From Planctomycetaceae bacterium (GTDB taxonomy: Bacteria; Planctomycetota; Planctomycetia; Pirellulales; Pirellulaceae), in NCBI GenBank assembly GCA_005773145.1, contig SXHS01000012.1, positions 1-46,555 of the forward strand: a DNA stretch of 46,555 nt, in the 5' to 3' direction. The notes beneath the pieces are model-generated. The model had not been told where the DNA came from. It searched no databases and saw nothing but the letters and a program-made list of their open reading frames with translations. Positions 38,023 through 46,555 of the stretch are shown here, one piece after another. Position numbers and translations under genes: made by a program. Numbering within the stretch: position 1 is the stretch's first letter; each line of letters begins with the position of its first letter.

Positions 38023-39362
38023 TGCGCGGGTTGCTGACGATCCTGTTTCTTATTCTCTTAGCATTGACTCTCCGTCTGGGCATGCTGTTGTATGCCGCCA
38101 GCACGGTGGCGGCCTTGTGGTTGGTTTGTCGTGGGCTGGTCAGGTTGTGGGGACGCAGTGTGACGGCTCAGCGCCGCACAAGTCAAACGGTAGCCGAGAT
38201 AGGCGATGCGGTGACGATTCAAATCAGCATCACGAATACGGGCCGCTGGGCCATCCCCTGGCTGATTGCCGAAGATCTCCTGCCGCCGCAGGCGTTGATC
38301 TTCGAGCCGCCCAATCTGCAGGTCAACGGCCGCCGCATGCAATTGACCAAGTTGGCTGCCGGCCAATCGGCCTCCATGCTCTATCAACTGACCGGCAATC
38401 GACGTGGCTACTATCAGGTCGGACCGCTGCTGATGGAGACCGGTGACCTTTTCGGATTGTATCGCCACTTTCGCGTTGTGGCGGCGCCGCATTTTTTGAT
38501 GATCTACCCGCGCGTGATACCGTTGCAAGGTTACGACATCGCCTCCCGCCGCCCGTTAGGCGAGGTGCGTTTGACGTATCGCCTATTCGAGGATCCAACG
38601 CGAGTGGCCGGCGTGCGCCCCTATCAGCCGGGAGATCCTCTCAATCGTGTGCATTGGCGAGCCACCGCCCGCACGGGCCAGTTACACAGCAAGGAGTTTG
38701 AGCCTTCCTGCCTGGCCGGGGCGACCGTGCTGCTCGATTTTCATCGCGATCAGTATCCGCAGCGTCACGAACCCGTTCGCAGTGACCTAGCCGTGACCAC
38801 TGCGGCATCCGTGGCCCACGCGTTGTACCAAATGGGCCATCAAGTGGGGTTGCTTTCGAATGGCCGCGACGCTGCCCATCGCTTGCGAGACGAGGGATGG
38901 CAATGGGAAGGTACCACGAGGGCCCGTCTGAGGAACCGCGTGGCCATGCGCGTATCCGATGACCATCTGCAGCCCCTGCACGTCGAAACGCGCCGCGGGC
39001 CCGAAACGTGGCATCGCATCATGGAGACGTTGGCCCGCGTGGAATTGACCGATGGGCTCAGCCTGGACGCGATGGTGCGTGAGTACGCCTGGCGCATGCC
39101 ACGTGACGCGACCGTGGTGGCCATTGTCAGTTCCGTTACCCCCGTAGTGTCAATGGCGCTGCATGACCTGCGTCGACATGGCTTCGCCGTGGCGGCAGTC
39201 CTGAACCTGTACGATTCCTATGATTTTTCCCAGGCCTCTGGTGCTCTGTTGGCCCAGGGAATTCGCGCCTACCACCTGCGCGACGAGACCTCGATTGGGA
39301 CCATTTGCCAGGAAACGTCATGCCACGCCGCATCGAACCCACTTGGCTCGACTACGTCGTAG
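38019..39362 (+). CDS. DUF58 domain protein (MoxR partner)
   Basis: N-terminal TM pair. VRPYQPGDPLNRVHWRATARTGQLHSKEFE is the DUF58 hallmark. The start overlaps the MoxR stop (ATGA). Confidence 0.9.
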   Translation: MMRGLLTILFLILLALTLRLGMLLYAASTVAALWLVCRGLVRLWGRSVTAQRRTSQTVAEIGDAVTIQISITNTGRWAIPWLIAEDLLPPQALIFEPPNLQVNGRRMQLTKLAAGQSASMLYQLTGNRRGYYQVGPLLMETGDLFGLYRHFRVVAAPHFLMIYPRVIPLQGYDIASRRPLGEVRLTYRLFEDPTRVAGVRPYQPGDPLNRVHWRATARTGQLHSKEFEPSCLAGATVLLDFHRDQYPQRHEPVRSDLAVTTAASVAHALYQMGHQVGLLSNGRDAAHRLRDEGWQWEGTTRARLRNRVAMRVSDDHLQPLHVETRRGPETWHRIMETLARVELTDGLSLDAMVREYAWRMPRDATVVAIVSSVTPVVSMALHDLRRHGFAVAAVLNLYDSYDFSQASGALLAQGIRAYHLRDETSIGTICQETSCHAASNPLGSTTS

Positions 39363-41122
39363 TTGCGCTAAACCCACTGCTGATTATGACCATGCTTGGC
39401 AGCCTGGTGTTTTTTATATTGGCAACTTGCTACCAAGGTGAATACCCCGATCGATTGCGATTCATCTTCTCCATGTACGTCATGGGCGCCGTCCTGACGA
39501 CCCGGATCTCGATGGAAGAGGGGGCCGACTATGCGACCTTGTTCGGCGCGCCGTTGGCCGCAGTGACACTGCTGGCCGTCGCACGGTTCGTCGAGGTGCC
39601 CAATACAATCGCCGGATTCGCCTGGCTGGTGCATATCGGACTACTGGCCCTAGTTTGGTGGAGTGCGCATCAGCTGACATGGGACTGCACACTGCTGGAC
39701 GAAAGTGCCATGGATGAGATTGCCGATGCCACCGGCCAAGGCCTGTTGCAATTCGCAGGTCTAACCCTCGGCGAGAATTGGGAGCCGTCGGATCGAACCC
39801 CTGGCAAACCAGCATCCAACAATATTGCGGAGGACGCCCCTCGGACGACACGTCAGGGATGGTGGCAGCGCTGGATCGAATCGCGTCGACGCCCACATGC
39901 CCACGGCATGTGGGTGGTCTACTTTTTCTTGGCCGCCATCCCACTGTTCGGTATCGGACACGGATGGATACCAGCGACCGACTCGGGGACGCAGCGTTCC
40001 GTCTTTCGACTGTTGGCCGTCTATCTGGTCAGCGCCGGTGGGTTGCTGATGACGACCAGCCTATTGGGGCTACGGCGTTATGCTCGGCACCGCCAGTTGG
40101 AAATGCCGGATTCCATGGCCGGCCGATGGCTGGGGACCGGCGCGGCCATTGTCGCTGTGATCGGCGTTCTCGGCTTGGTACTGCCGTGGCCCAATTCCGG
40201 GGAAACGCTCCTGTCGCGCGCTGTTGCAGTAACATCTCCCGAGGGCTTGTCGGCGTCGCGCATGAGTCTGGGACAGGAAGGAGATCACGAAGCGGACTCA
40301 GCGGAACACGCCGCCGCGCCCGATGACACGGACGCCGATGAACAGCGGGACGCAGTTGGCGAGCGCGAAGACGGCGAAACGGACGATGCACAGGACGGCC
40401 AGTCCGACAAACCGAGCGGGGCAGGTCATGACCAACAATCCTCGCCCGATTCTTCATCGCAAACGACAGAACAGTCCTCGACTAGTGAACAGCCGCCTGA
40501 ATCAGAGCAAGCACCGGCATCCGAGCCGCCGCCTCAGGCGCCGGTACCCTCCGAGCCGCCGCCAGGACCGCCAGAGATCCTGTCGCAGCTAACCGGTCTG
40601 TTGCAGTCGCTACAGCAGATGTTACGGTGGTTGTTGATTGCTGCCACGGTTGTTGTTGGTGTCCTGTTCGCCTACTGGAACCGAGACGTGATCGCCGCCA
40701 TGCTGGGCCGTCTGTTCGAGGCCCTGCGTCAACTTTGGCACAGATTATGGGGGGGTGAGGTACCACCATTGCCGGCTGAATCACCCGCGGCGGCCGTGTC
40801 CATCAAGCGTCCCTTTGGGGATTACTTGGAACCCTTCTCCACGAATCAATTTCGCGGATGGCCCGTCGAACGGTTGGTGGTATATTCCTTTGAGGCGATG
40901 CAGGCATGGGCCGATGAACGTGGCTGTGGCCGAGTGCCTGATCAGACCGTACAGGAGTTTTCGATTCAAATCCGTCAACAGCATGCGTACCTAGCGGACC
41001 CTGTGATGCGATTGGCCAATCTTTACTCACAGGTCGCGTACGACCCGGGCTCGCCGCTTCCTAAGGACGCGCGCCAGCAGGTGTTGACCCTCTGGCGATG
41101 TCTGACCGAGCCCTCGGCATGA
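39320..41122 (+). CDS. Polytopic membrane protein with an acidic/Ser-Pro low-complexity linker and a DUF4129-like C-terminal domain
   Basis: 5-6 TM helices. A D/E/S/P/Q-rich stretch (about 40270-40580) is followed by a TM helix (WLLIAATVVVGVLFAYW). The tail FEAMQAWADERGCGRVPDQTVQEF..LANLYSQVAYDP is as in DUF4129 proteins. It overlaps the DUF58 3' end by 43 nt. Confidence 0.65.
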   Translation: MPRRIEPTWLDYVVVALNPLLIMTMLGSLVFFILATCYQGEYPDRLRFIFSMYVMGAVLTTRISMEEGADYATLFGAPLAAVTLLAVARFVEVPNTIAGFAWLVHIGLLALVWWSAHQLTWDCTLLDESAMDEIADATGQGLLQFAGLTLGENWEPSDRTPGKPASNNIAEDAPRTTRQGWWQRWIESRRRPHAHGMWVVYFFLAAIPLFGIGHGWIPATDSGTQRSVFRLLAVYLVSAGGLLMTTSLLGLRRYARHRQLEMPDSMAGRWLGTGAAIVAVIGVLGLVLPWPNSGETLLSRAVAVTSPEGLSASRMSLGQEGDHEADSAEHAAAPDDTDADEQRDAVGEREDGETDDAQDGQSDKPSGAGHDQQSSPDSSSQTTEQSSTSEQPPESEQAPASEPPPQAPVPSEPPPGPPEILSQLTGLLQSLQQMLRWLLIAATVVVGVLFAYWNRDVIAAMLGRLFEALRQLWHRLWGGEVPPLPAESPAAAVSIKRPFGDYLEPFSTNQFRGWPVERLVVYSFEAMQAWADERGCGRVPDQTVQEFSIQIRQQHAYLADPVMRLANLYSQVAYDPGSPLPKDARQQVLTLWRCLTEPSA

Positions 41123-41196
41123 CGTTGCGATAGGTGCCACGATTTGCGGCGATTTCTGCAGGAAGTGCGGTTCAAAGTCTTGAGGCGAGTCATTTC

Positions 41197-42699
41197 ATGA
41201 AGGTCCAACATCCAGAAAGCATTGTCCGGTTTGGTATTTGTCGATGGGACATCACGCCGCCAGTCGGCAGCTATCATCGGATGTGGGGCGCGGCGGCGCA
41301 CGATCGGAGCGAAGGCATCCATCGACCGTTGACGGCGACGGTCGTCTGTTTCTCGCCGCTGAATGGGGAGTCGGCCGACTCATCCACATCAATGACGCAG
41401 GTCCTGATTTCGTTGGACCATTGTGTCCTGGGGGATGCCGAGCTGCTGGAATTGCGTGCCGCAGCCGCCCATGCTGCCCAATTAGAACTGGAGGCCATCA
41501 CCGTTACGTTCACGCACACACATGCCGCGGGTCTCTTCAATCGAGATCGTGCCTCGCAACCGGGGGGCGAGTTCATCGCCGATTATTTGGAGGGACTCGC
41601 ACGGCAATTGGCGACGGCGGTTGTGGCCGCACAGGAGTCCGCCGTGGAGGCGACTTGCACCTATGCCACGGGGCGCTGCACGCTGGCCGCCGAACGAGAT
41701 TTTTGGGATGTCGCCAGCGGTCAGTATGTCTGCGGAACCAATCCGCTGGGGAAGGCCGACGATCACCTGGTGCTGGTTGCCGTGCGCGATTTGGCCGGGC
41801 AAACATTGGCGACGGTCGTCAATTACGCTTGTCATCCGACGACGTTGGCTTGGGATAATCGCCTGATCAGTCCCGACTATCCGGGCGCCATGCGTGACCT
41901 GGTGGAGCAAGCGACGCGCGCGCCGTGCCTGTTCTTGCAAGGCGCATCGGGCGACCTGGGACCCGTGCACGGATTTGTGGGAGACGTGGAGGTGGCCGAC
42001 CGCAATGGAAGGCAATTGGCCTATGCCGCCCTCTCGGCTTGGGAGTCGTTGCCGCCACCACGCACAACGTTCGACTACATGGGTGCCGTTGCCTCCGGAA
42101 CCGCGATCGGGACTTGGCAACACGTACCGGCATCCCACGAACGACAGCAAGCGTTGTCCGCGTGGTGCGTCGAGCATTTCACGTTGGCCATACCTTATCG
42201 ATGTGACTTACCAGACGCTCAGGAAACACGATTGGCGCTCGCTGCGTTTGTCGAGCAAGAGCGGATCGCTCGCGCGGCGGGACGACTTGCGGAGGCCGCG
42301 AAGGCACGTGCGTTGGCGGAACGCGAGACTCGGCACTTGGCCCGACTGCAGAACCGCCCCAACGGCTCAGCATGTCCGCTGTCGATGACTCTCTGGCGAA
42401 TGGGAGATGCCATCTGGATCGCCATTCCCGGCGAACCCTACCAAGTCCTGCAAGAGCAATTGCGATCGCGATTTCCCGATCATCCTTTGGTTGTGATCAC
42501 GCTGTCCAATAGCGCCACGCCCACCTATTTGCCCCCCAGAGACCGTTATGGCAAAGGCATCTATCAGGAGTCCATCGCGCAATTGGAGCCAGGCTGTTTG
42601 GAGCAGATCATCCACCACCTGACCGGCCGAATCGAAAGGCTCCTGACCTCTAATGTTTGCGGGGGGACGAGCGAATCCAAAAATCCTTCACGGCCTTGA
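41197..42699 (+). CDS. Neutral/alkaline-ceramidase-like hydrolase family protein (paralog 2)
   Basis: Shares [48 protein letters not shown] and [10 protein letters not shown] with 33324..34805. The ATG at 41197 is chosen, and the ORF is open to 41134. Confidence 0.6.
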   Translation: MKVQHPESIVRFGICRWDITPPVGSYHRMWGAAAHDRSEGIHRPLTATVVCFSPLNGESADSSTSMTQVLISLDHCVLGDAELLELRAAAAHAAQLELEAITVTFTHTHAAGLFNRDRASQPGGEFIADYLEGLARQLATAVVAAQESAVEATCTYATGRCTLAAERDFWDVASGQYVCGTNPLGKADDHLVLVAVRDLAGQTLATVVNYACHPTTLAWDNRLISPDYPGAMRDLVEQATRAPCLFLQGASGDLGPVHGFVGDVEVADRNGRQLAYAALSAWESLPPPRTTFDYMGAVASGTAIGTWQHVPASHERQQALSAWCVEHFTLAIPYRCDLPDAQETRLALAAFVEQERIARAAGRLAEAAKARALAERETRHLARLQNRPNGSACPLSMTLWRMGDAIWIAIPGEPYQVLQEQLRSRFPDHPLVVITLSNSATPTYLPPRDRYGKGIYQESIAQLEPGCLEQIIHHLTGRIERLLTSNVCGGTSESKNPSRP

Positions 42700-42708
42700 G
42701 GTAGTGGG

Positions 42709-43524
42709 CTACCAATGCATGACCTGGCCGCCGTCGACGTTCAGGGTTTGGCCGGTGATATTTTCGGCCATGGGGGAGGCCAAGAAGACGGCCATGCGGG
42801 CGATATCGTCTGGGGATTGCCAACGGCCCAAGGGGGTGACACGGTCCACTTTCTGTCGCCCCCAATCCTCGTAGGAGAGCTGATCGCCTGGGGCTTGGCG
42901 CCGATGCCAGGCCTCCCAAACGCCGCGATTGAGTTCTGTTTGGATCATGCCGGGGCAAATTGTGTTGACGCGCACGGAGTGCTTAGCCAGGTCCTGGGCC
43001 ATACATTGGGCGAAGTTGATGACGGCGGCTTTGGCCGCGCTGTAGGGGGGGTCGGTGGGCGAACCTACTTGTCCCGCCACCGAGGCGATCAGCAGGAAGG
43101 TGCCGCGCCGCTTAGCGGCGAAGTCAGGTCCGAAACGATGGGCCACACGCACGGCCCCCATCACGTTGACCTCCCACACGGGTCCCCAACGGTCGACGCT
43201 CACGTTCCAGTACGGGAAGCCATACTCGCCCGATCCGATGCCGGCCGCGTAGGTGATATCGGTGATATCCACGCGATCTTGTTCGAGCTGTTGAATCGCC
43301 CCGTCGATCTCGGCGGTATCGGTAACATCCACGGCGAAGCTCATGGCACGGGCATCACTGGCGAGTAGCCGGCGTATTTGATGTGCGGTTTCGGCGACGC
43401 TGGGGTCACGGTCCCACAACACGACCGAAGCGCCTTCACGGGCGAATTGCTCGGCGATTGCACGACCGATGCCCCGCGCTCCCCCTACGATCAATGCCGT
43501 ATGTCCCTGCAAATGTAGATCCAT
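42709..43524 (-). CDS. Short-chain dehydrogenase/reductase (SDR)
   Basis: ALIVGGARGIGRAIA (TGXXXGXG-like), YSAAKAAV (YXXXK), NTICPG. Confidence 0.9.
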   Translation of the reverse strand: MDLHLQGHTALIVGGARGIGRAIAEQFAREGASVVLWDRDPSVAETAHQIRRLLASDARAMSFAVDVTDTAEIDGAIQQLEQDRVDITDITYAAGIGSGEYGFPYWNVSVDRWGPVWEVNVMGAVRVAHRFGPDFAAKRRGTFLLIASVAGQVGSPTDPPYSAAKAAVINFAQCMAQDLAKHSVRVNTICPGMIQTELNRGVWEAWHRRQAPGDQLSYEDWGRQKVDRVTPLGRWQSPDDIARMAVFLASPMAENITGQTLNVDGGQVMHW

Positions 43525-43606
43525 GGCCGGATTATAGCGAGTCCGCGCTCGTCGCAATACGGCCCGCCAACGCGGTCCCCGTCGCCTCTCCCCAGGTTCT
43601 TTGCCG

Positions 43607-43636
43607 TTGACAATCGGCGCAAACGGCCCCTAAGCT
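43607..43636 (+). promoter_or_regulatory. Candidate sigma70-like promoter TTGACA-N18-TAAGCT upstream of the PEP-CTERM gene
   Basis: A perfect -35 hexamer is at 43607-43612. TAAGCT is at 43631-43636, about 70 nt upstream of the ATG at 43707. The -35 lies inside an inverted repeat GCCGTT..AACGGC. Planctomycetal promoter rules are poorly known. Confidence 0.25.
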
Positions 43637-43706
43637 GCCCCTTCAGGACGCGATCCGAGAACGATTTTGTCAAAGTTCCATCTAAACCTGAATTGGAGTT
43701 GGTCTC

Positions 43707-44429
43707 ATGATTTCAATGAGAACGTTTTCGGCATCCGCCGCTGTGCTCGTGATCACCGGCATGATGAGTCAAGCGGTGCATGCGCACGGGATTCCTCTGG
43801 ATATTTCCGCAGATAGTCAACTGCGCCTCTTCAATCCATTGCTTGTGACGTATGATCACCATGAGAGTGGACTCGCACTGGCACCGCCGGCGAATCCGAC
43901 GGCAGTCCGAGGCGCAGCCGGGTTCTACCCGACGGCAGGTGTCATTCCAGCCGGTACGGCCCTCTCGGTGGACGCCACCGGATCTCCCCAACATCCACTG
44001 GCGGTGCTCTATTGGAATCCAAGCAATGGCTTGGGCGCCTCGCCCAAGCCGCTAACCCTACAGCGTAACGCTGCAACCGTCGGCGGCATTTCATACCCGG
44101 GATTCAACGTGGCGGTCCAACCCACGGATACCTTCGCCTCCCTGGGAACACTGCCGCATTTCAACGGTACGCAGGGAGATCATCGGGCGATGAACGTGTC
44201 GCTACCGATGGATGCGCCCCAGGGCCTCTATGTAATAGGCTTTCAAGTATCCGCACCAGGTTTCACACGGTCGGACACCTTTTGGGCTGTTGGCAACTAC
44301 GGCCTGACAGAGTCCGAAGCTGAAGCGGGTTTGGGGGCAATTGCGGCGGCCGTGCCGGAGCCGTCGTGCGGGCTGCTGATGTTGGCGGGTCTGTCGATGT
44401 TCGCTTGGACCCGGCGCACTCGAGGCTAG
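43707..44429 (+). CDS. PEP-CTERM-anchored secreted protein
   Basis: Signal peptide ..VLVITGMMSQAVHA. C-terminal VPEPSCGLLMLAGLSMFAWTRRTRG. Confidence 0.8.
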   Translation: MISMRTFSASAAVLVITGMMSQAVHAHGIPLDISADSQLRLFNPLLVTYDHHESGLALAPPANPTAVRGAAGFYPTAGVIPAGTALSVDATGSPQHPLAVLYWNPSNGLGASPKPLTLQRNAATVGGISYPGFNVAVQPTDTFASLGTLPHFNGTQGDHRAMNVSLPMDAPQGLYVIGFQVSAPGFTRSDTFWAVGNYGLTESEAEAGLGAIAAAVPEPSCGLLMLAGLSMFAWTRRTRG

Positions 44430-44593
44430 TGGCATAGGCATCTTGCCTGTGTAAAAACAGAGTGGCGTAGCGGATGGCCGTCAACACCATGAACGATAGT
44501 TATGAGGGGGGCCCCGTCCAGCTCGCCGCCGGGAACGCAGTACAGGGTGGCTCCTGCCTCCGATGAGTCATAGCGACATTTTTCGGTCGGCGG

Positions 44594-44635
44594 TTAAATC
44601 TCAAATCTCAAATCTCAAATCTCAAATCTCAAATG
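44594..44635 (+). repeat. Heptanucleotide tandem repeat (TCAAATC)x4 with degenerate flanking copies (TTAAATC, TCAAATG)
   Basis: ttaaatc-tcaaatc-tcaaatc-tcaaatc-tcaaatc-tcaaatg. It is in a convergent intergenic region and has the same unit and orientation as 34853-34880. Confidence 0.95.
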
Positions 44636-44701
44636 TCGGCCCGACACGGCGGAACGAGGGAGGATCGGAAGCCCGGGCACGAGGTCAGGAATTAAGCACC
44701 A

Positions 44702-46555
44702 CTACGGAGTCGACTCTGATGCAACGGCCAGGCGTCGTTTGGCTTCTGCCACGGCGGATGCCGCCCATGGCTTGTCTGCATAGAGCAGCACAATGCCACG
44801 CCAAATGGCCTGTGCGGATTGAGGGGTGTCGACTTGGAGACGCACGGCGTGGGCCAATCGTTCACGTAAGACGGGCGCATAACCCTCAGTGGTCGCGTCG
44901 ATTTCCGCTTGGAGTTGTTGCAATTGGCGCTGCGCGAGGGCTAGACAACGAGTCGTTTCACTGGTGGGATGGCGTTGGTCTTGATAGACATCGAGCAGGG
45001 CCTGGAGCCGGGCGGCGGTTGCTTCGCGATTCTGAGGCCGCAGACGCATGGCCTCGACGTAGGTCTGCTCAATGGCCGTCAACGGTGTGCTTCCTAGCAG
45101 GCCGCGGGCGTTGCGCTCCAGTCGACTGCGCATGCGGTTGAGTTCCAGTTGCTCCTGATACTGATCCATTTCGGCAGCCCGGGGATCGTTGGCGTGATCG
45201 CGGCGAAACTGCCGGATCATGGCCTCGTGTTCTCCCCAAGGACCGTTTTCGGATTCAACTCCCGCGCGAATGCGCTGATAGATTTGATCCGCTGTGGGTG
45301 GCTGCAGCACATAGGCCGCGAGGCTGGCAACACCCACTACGAATGCAAAGGCCAAGCTGCCCCAAACCCACTTCGTCCAGGTGGGTTCTTCGCCGATGTG
45401 ATCCGCCTGACGCAGGCGATCCGATTCACCGACCGTTACAAAATGCGAGGGGACGGGTGCGGATTCACCCGCGGACGTTGCTGAGCCGGGAGTCGCTTCG
45501 GCTTGGTTGTCGTCCGGATGGTCGCTGGCTACGCCCCCCGAGCCGGTCACGTGCGGCGCGGGGAGTTCACGGGTGAGCAGGGCGGCGTTCTGCCCAGCCG
45601 GCGGGGGCTGTGGCATTCGCACTTCGGTCTCCAGCACGGTGCCCAGGGGGCTGCTCCGATCGGATTTGGCAACTGGAGTCAGCGCCGTCGGATCAAGGCG
45701 GGCTTCCAAGCCGACACGCTCCGTCGGCGTCGGTTGGATGGACAACGCTCGCACAATCGCCGCCAGTCGATTCGTCACGGCCAAGGCGGTTGGGACGCGA
45801 TTCGTGGGATCTTTCTCCAACAACTCGCTGATGAGTTGTTCCAACTGAATGGGAACATCCGGCACGAAGCGACGAATGGGGAGTGCCTCGTCGTAGCGTA
45901 CTTTGTGAACGACCTCGGGGAGTGACTTGCCGACGAATGGGGGCCGACCGGCGAGTAGCGCGTACATCACGCTTCCCAAACTGTAGAGATCACAGCGGGG
46001 AGTTACGGGGCGGCCATCCGCCTGTTCGGGGGCCATAAAGTCGGCCGTTCCCAGTACGCCCCCATCGGCCGTCAACGAGGATTGACCAAACAATTTAGCA
46101 ATGCCGAAATCGCCCAACCTAATTTTTTGATCGGCGGTGACCAGCAAGTTGGCGGGCTTGAGGTCTCGATGAATCACGCCATGATTGTGCGCATGCTTGA
46201 GAGCGGCGCCGACTTGAATCCCGATTTCCGCCACCTCGCGCCACGAGAAGCGCCGACCCGCCGACAATTCGTCTTGCAGGCTCGGCCCTTCCACCAACTC
46301 CATGGCATAAAACAAATGCTCCCCCTCTTGACCGTATCCATACAACTCAACGATATTGGGGTGCTGCAATTTCTTGAGCGACTCGATTTCCGCCGCGAAC
46401 CGTTCGCGAAAATTTTCTTCGGCCGCCAGAGTGGGAGCCAACACCTTGAGAGCAACGCGTCGGCCCGACACGTCGTCGGTGCCGGCGTAGACGGTTCCCA
46501 TCCCGCCCCGCCCCAGGGTCTGCTCGACACGATATGGTCCTAGCTTTCGCAACAC
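44702..46555 (-). CDS. Hanks-type serine/threonine protein kinase with a TM helix and a helical C-terminal domain (5' end at or just beyond the window edge)
   Basis: LGRGGMGTVYAG, VALKVL, HRDLKPANLLV, DFGIAKL and APEQ motifs. Pro-rich linker. TM helix WVWGSLAFAFVVGVASLAAYV. The ORF runs to the last base of the window. Confidence 0.9.
   Translation of the reverse strand: MLRKLGPYRVEQTLGRGGMGTVYAGTDDVSGRRVALKVLAPTLAAEENFRERFAAEIESLKKLQHPNIVELYGYGQEGEHLFYAMELVEGPSLQDELSAGRRFSWREVAEIGIQVGAALKHAHNHGVIHRDLKPANLLVTADQKIRLGDFGIAKLFGQSSLTADGGVLGTADFMAPEQADGRPVTPRCDLYSLGSVMYALLAGRPPFVGKSLPEVVHKVRYDEALPIRRFVPDVPIQLEQLISELLEKDPTNRVPTALAVTNRLAAIVRALSIQPTPTERVGLEARLDPTALTPVAKSDRSSPLGTVLETEVRMPQPPPAGQNAALLTRELPAPHVTGSGGVASDHPDDNQAEATPGSATSAGESAPVPSHFVTVGESDRLRQADHIGEEPTWTKWVWGSLAFAFVVGVASLAAYVLQPPTADQIYQRIRAGVESENGPWGEHEAMIRQFRRDHANDPRAAEMDQYQEQLELNRMRSRLERNARGLLGSTPLTAIEQTYVEAMRLRPQNREATAARLQALLDVYQDQRHPTSETTRCLALAQRQLQQLQAEIDATTEGYAPVLRERLAHAVRLQVDTPQSAQAIWRGIVLLYADKPWAASAVAEAKRRLAVASESTP

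Noticed and set aside
44563-45141. 192-aa plus-strand ORF beginning MSHSDIFRSAVKSQISNLKSQISNV.
   Set aside because: It is created by translating the heptamer array. It then runs antisense through the kinase 3' region with Arg/Gly-rich junk. It is not a gene.
1-46555. Evidence for a genomic island, prophage or defence island: integrase, transposase, tRNA target, compositional break, restriction-modification, toxin-antitoxin or Cas.
   Set aside because: None of these gene types or boundaries is recognisable. Composition looks uniform apart from the two small AT-rich repeat arrays. The window reads as core or accessory chromosomal metabolism and envelope genes.

Overview
This is a GC-rich chromosomal segment that looks planctomycetal (Pirellulales-like). 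That call is an inference from gene content: a DUF1549/DUF1553 plus DUF1501 pair, a DUF1559-type H-X9-DG domain, several PEP-CTERM proteins, DUF1080, and an ECF sigma/anti-sigma pair. I support about 37 protein genes. I see no rRNA, tRNA, CRISPR array, transposase or integrase.

Gene blocks in order:
1. Two PEP-CTERM surface proteins (2-2416).
2. An ECF sigma / anti-sigma pair (2631-4327).
3. An ArnT/PMT-like glycosyltransferase, a small interrupted ORF and a stand-alone receiver (4945-7839).
4. A tightly coupled minus-strand operon of DUF1549/DUF1553, DUF1501, a PPC-domain protein and a PmoA-like protein (15174-7877).
5. DUF1080 and DinB genes.
6. A divergent exopolysaccharide locus (17116-25628), followed by PlsC-like and CdsA-like lipid genes.
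7. A minus-strand unit of REC-PAS-GAF-REC protein, membrane metallophosphoesterase and HEXXH protein.
8. A sugar-acid catabolic block (32149-36734).
9. A MoxR / DUF58 / DUF4129-like operon (37042-41122).
10. A second copy of a ceramidase-like hydrolase, an SDR, another PEP-CTERM protein and a Hanks-type kinase that runs off the window.

I could not identify a canonical defence or mobile system. The best candidates for undescribed biology are the four-gene DUF1549/1553 operon, the ECF sigma with a pseudopilin-like anti-sigma, the MoxR module flanked by inverted ceramidase-like paralogs, and the GT4-PlsC-CdsA coupling. Sequence-level oddities are a G10 homopolymer that splits the chain-length-determinant gene, an in-frame TAG in a small gene, and two arrays of the same AT-rich heptamer (TCAAATC)n. 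All family assignments come from motif recognition by eye, not from searches.
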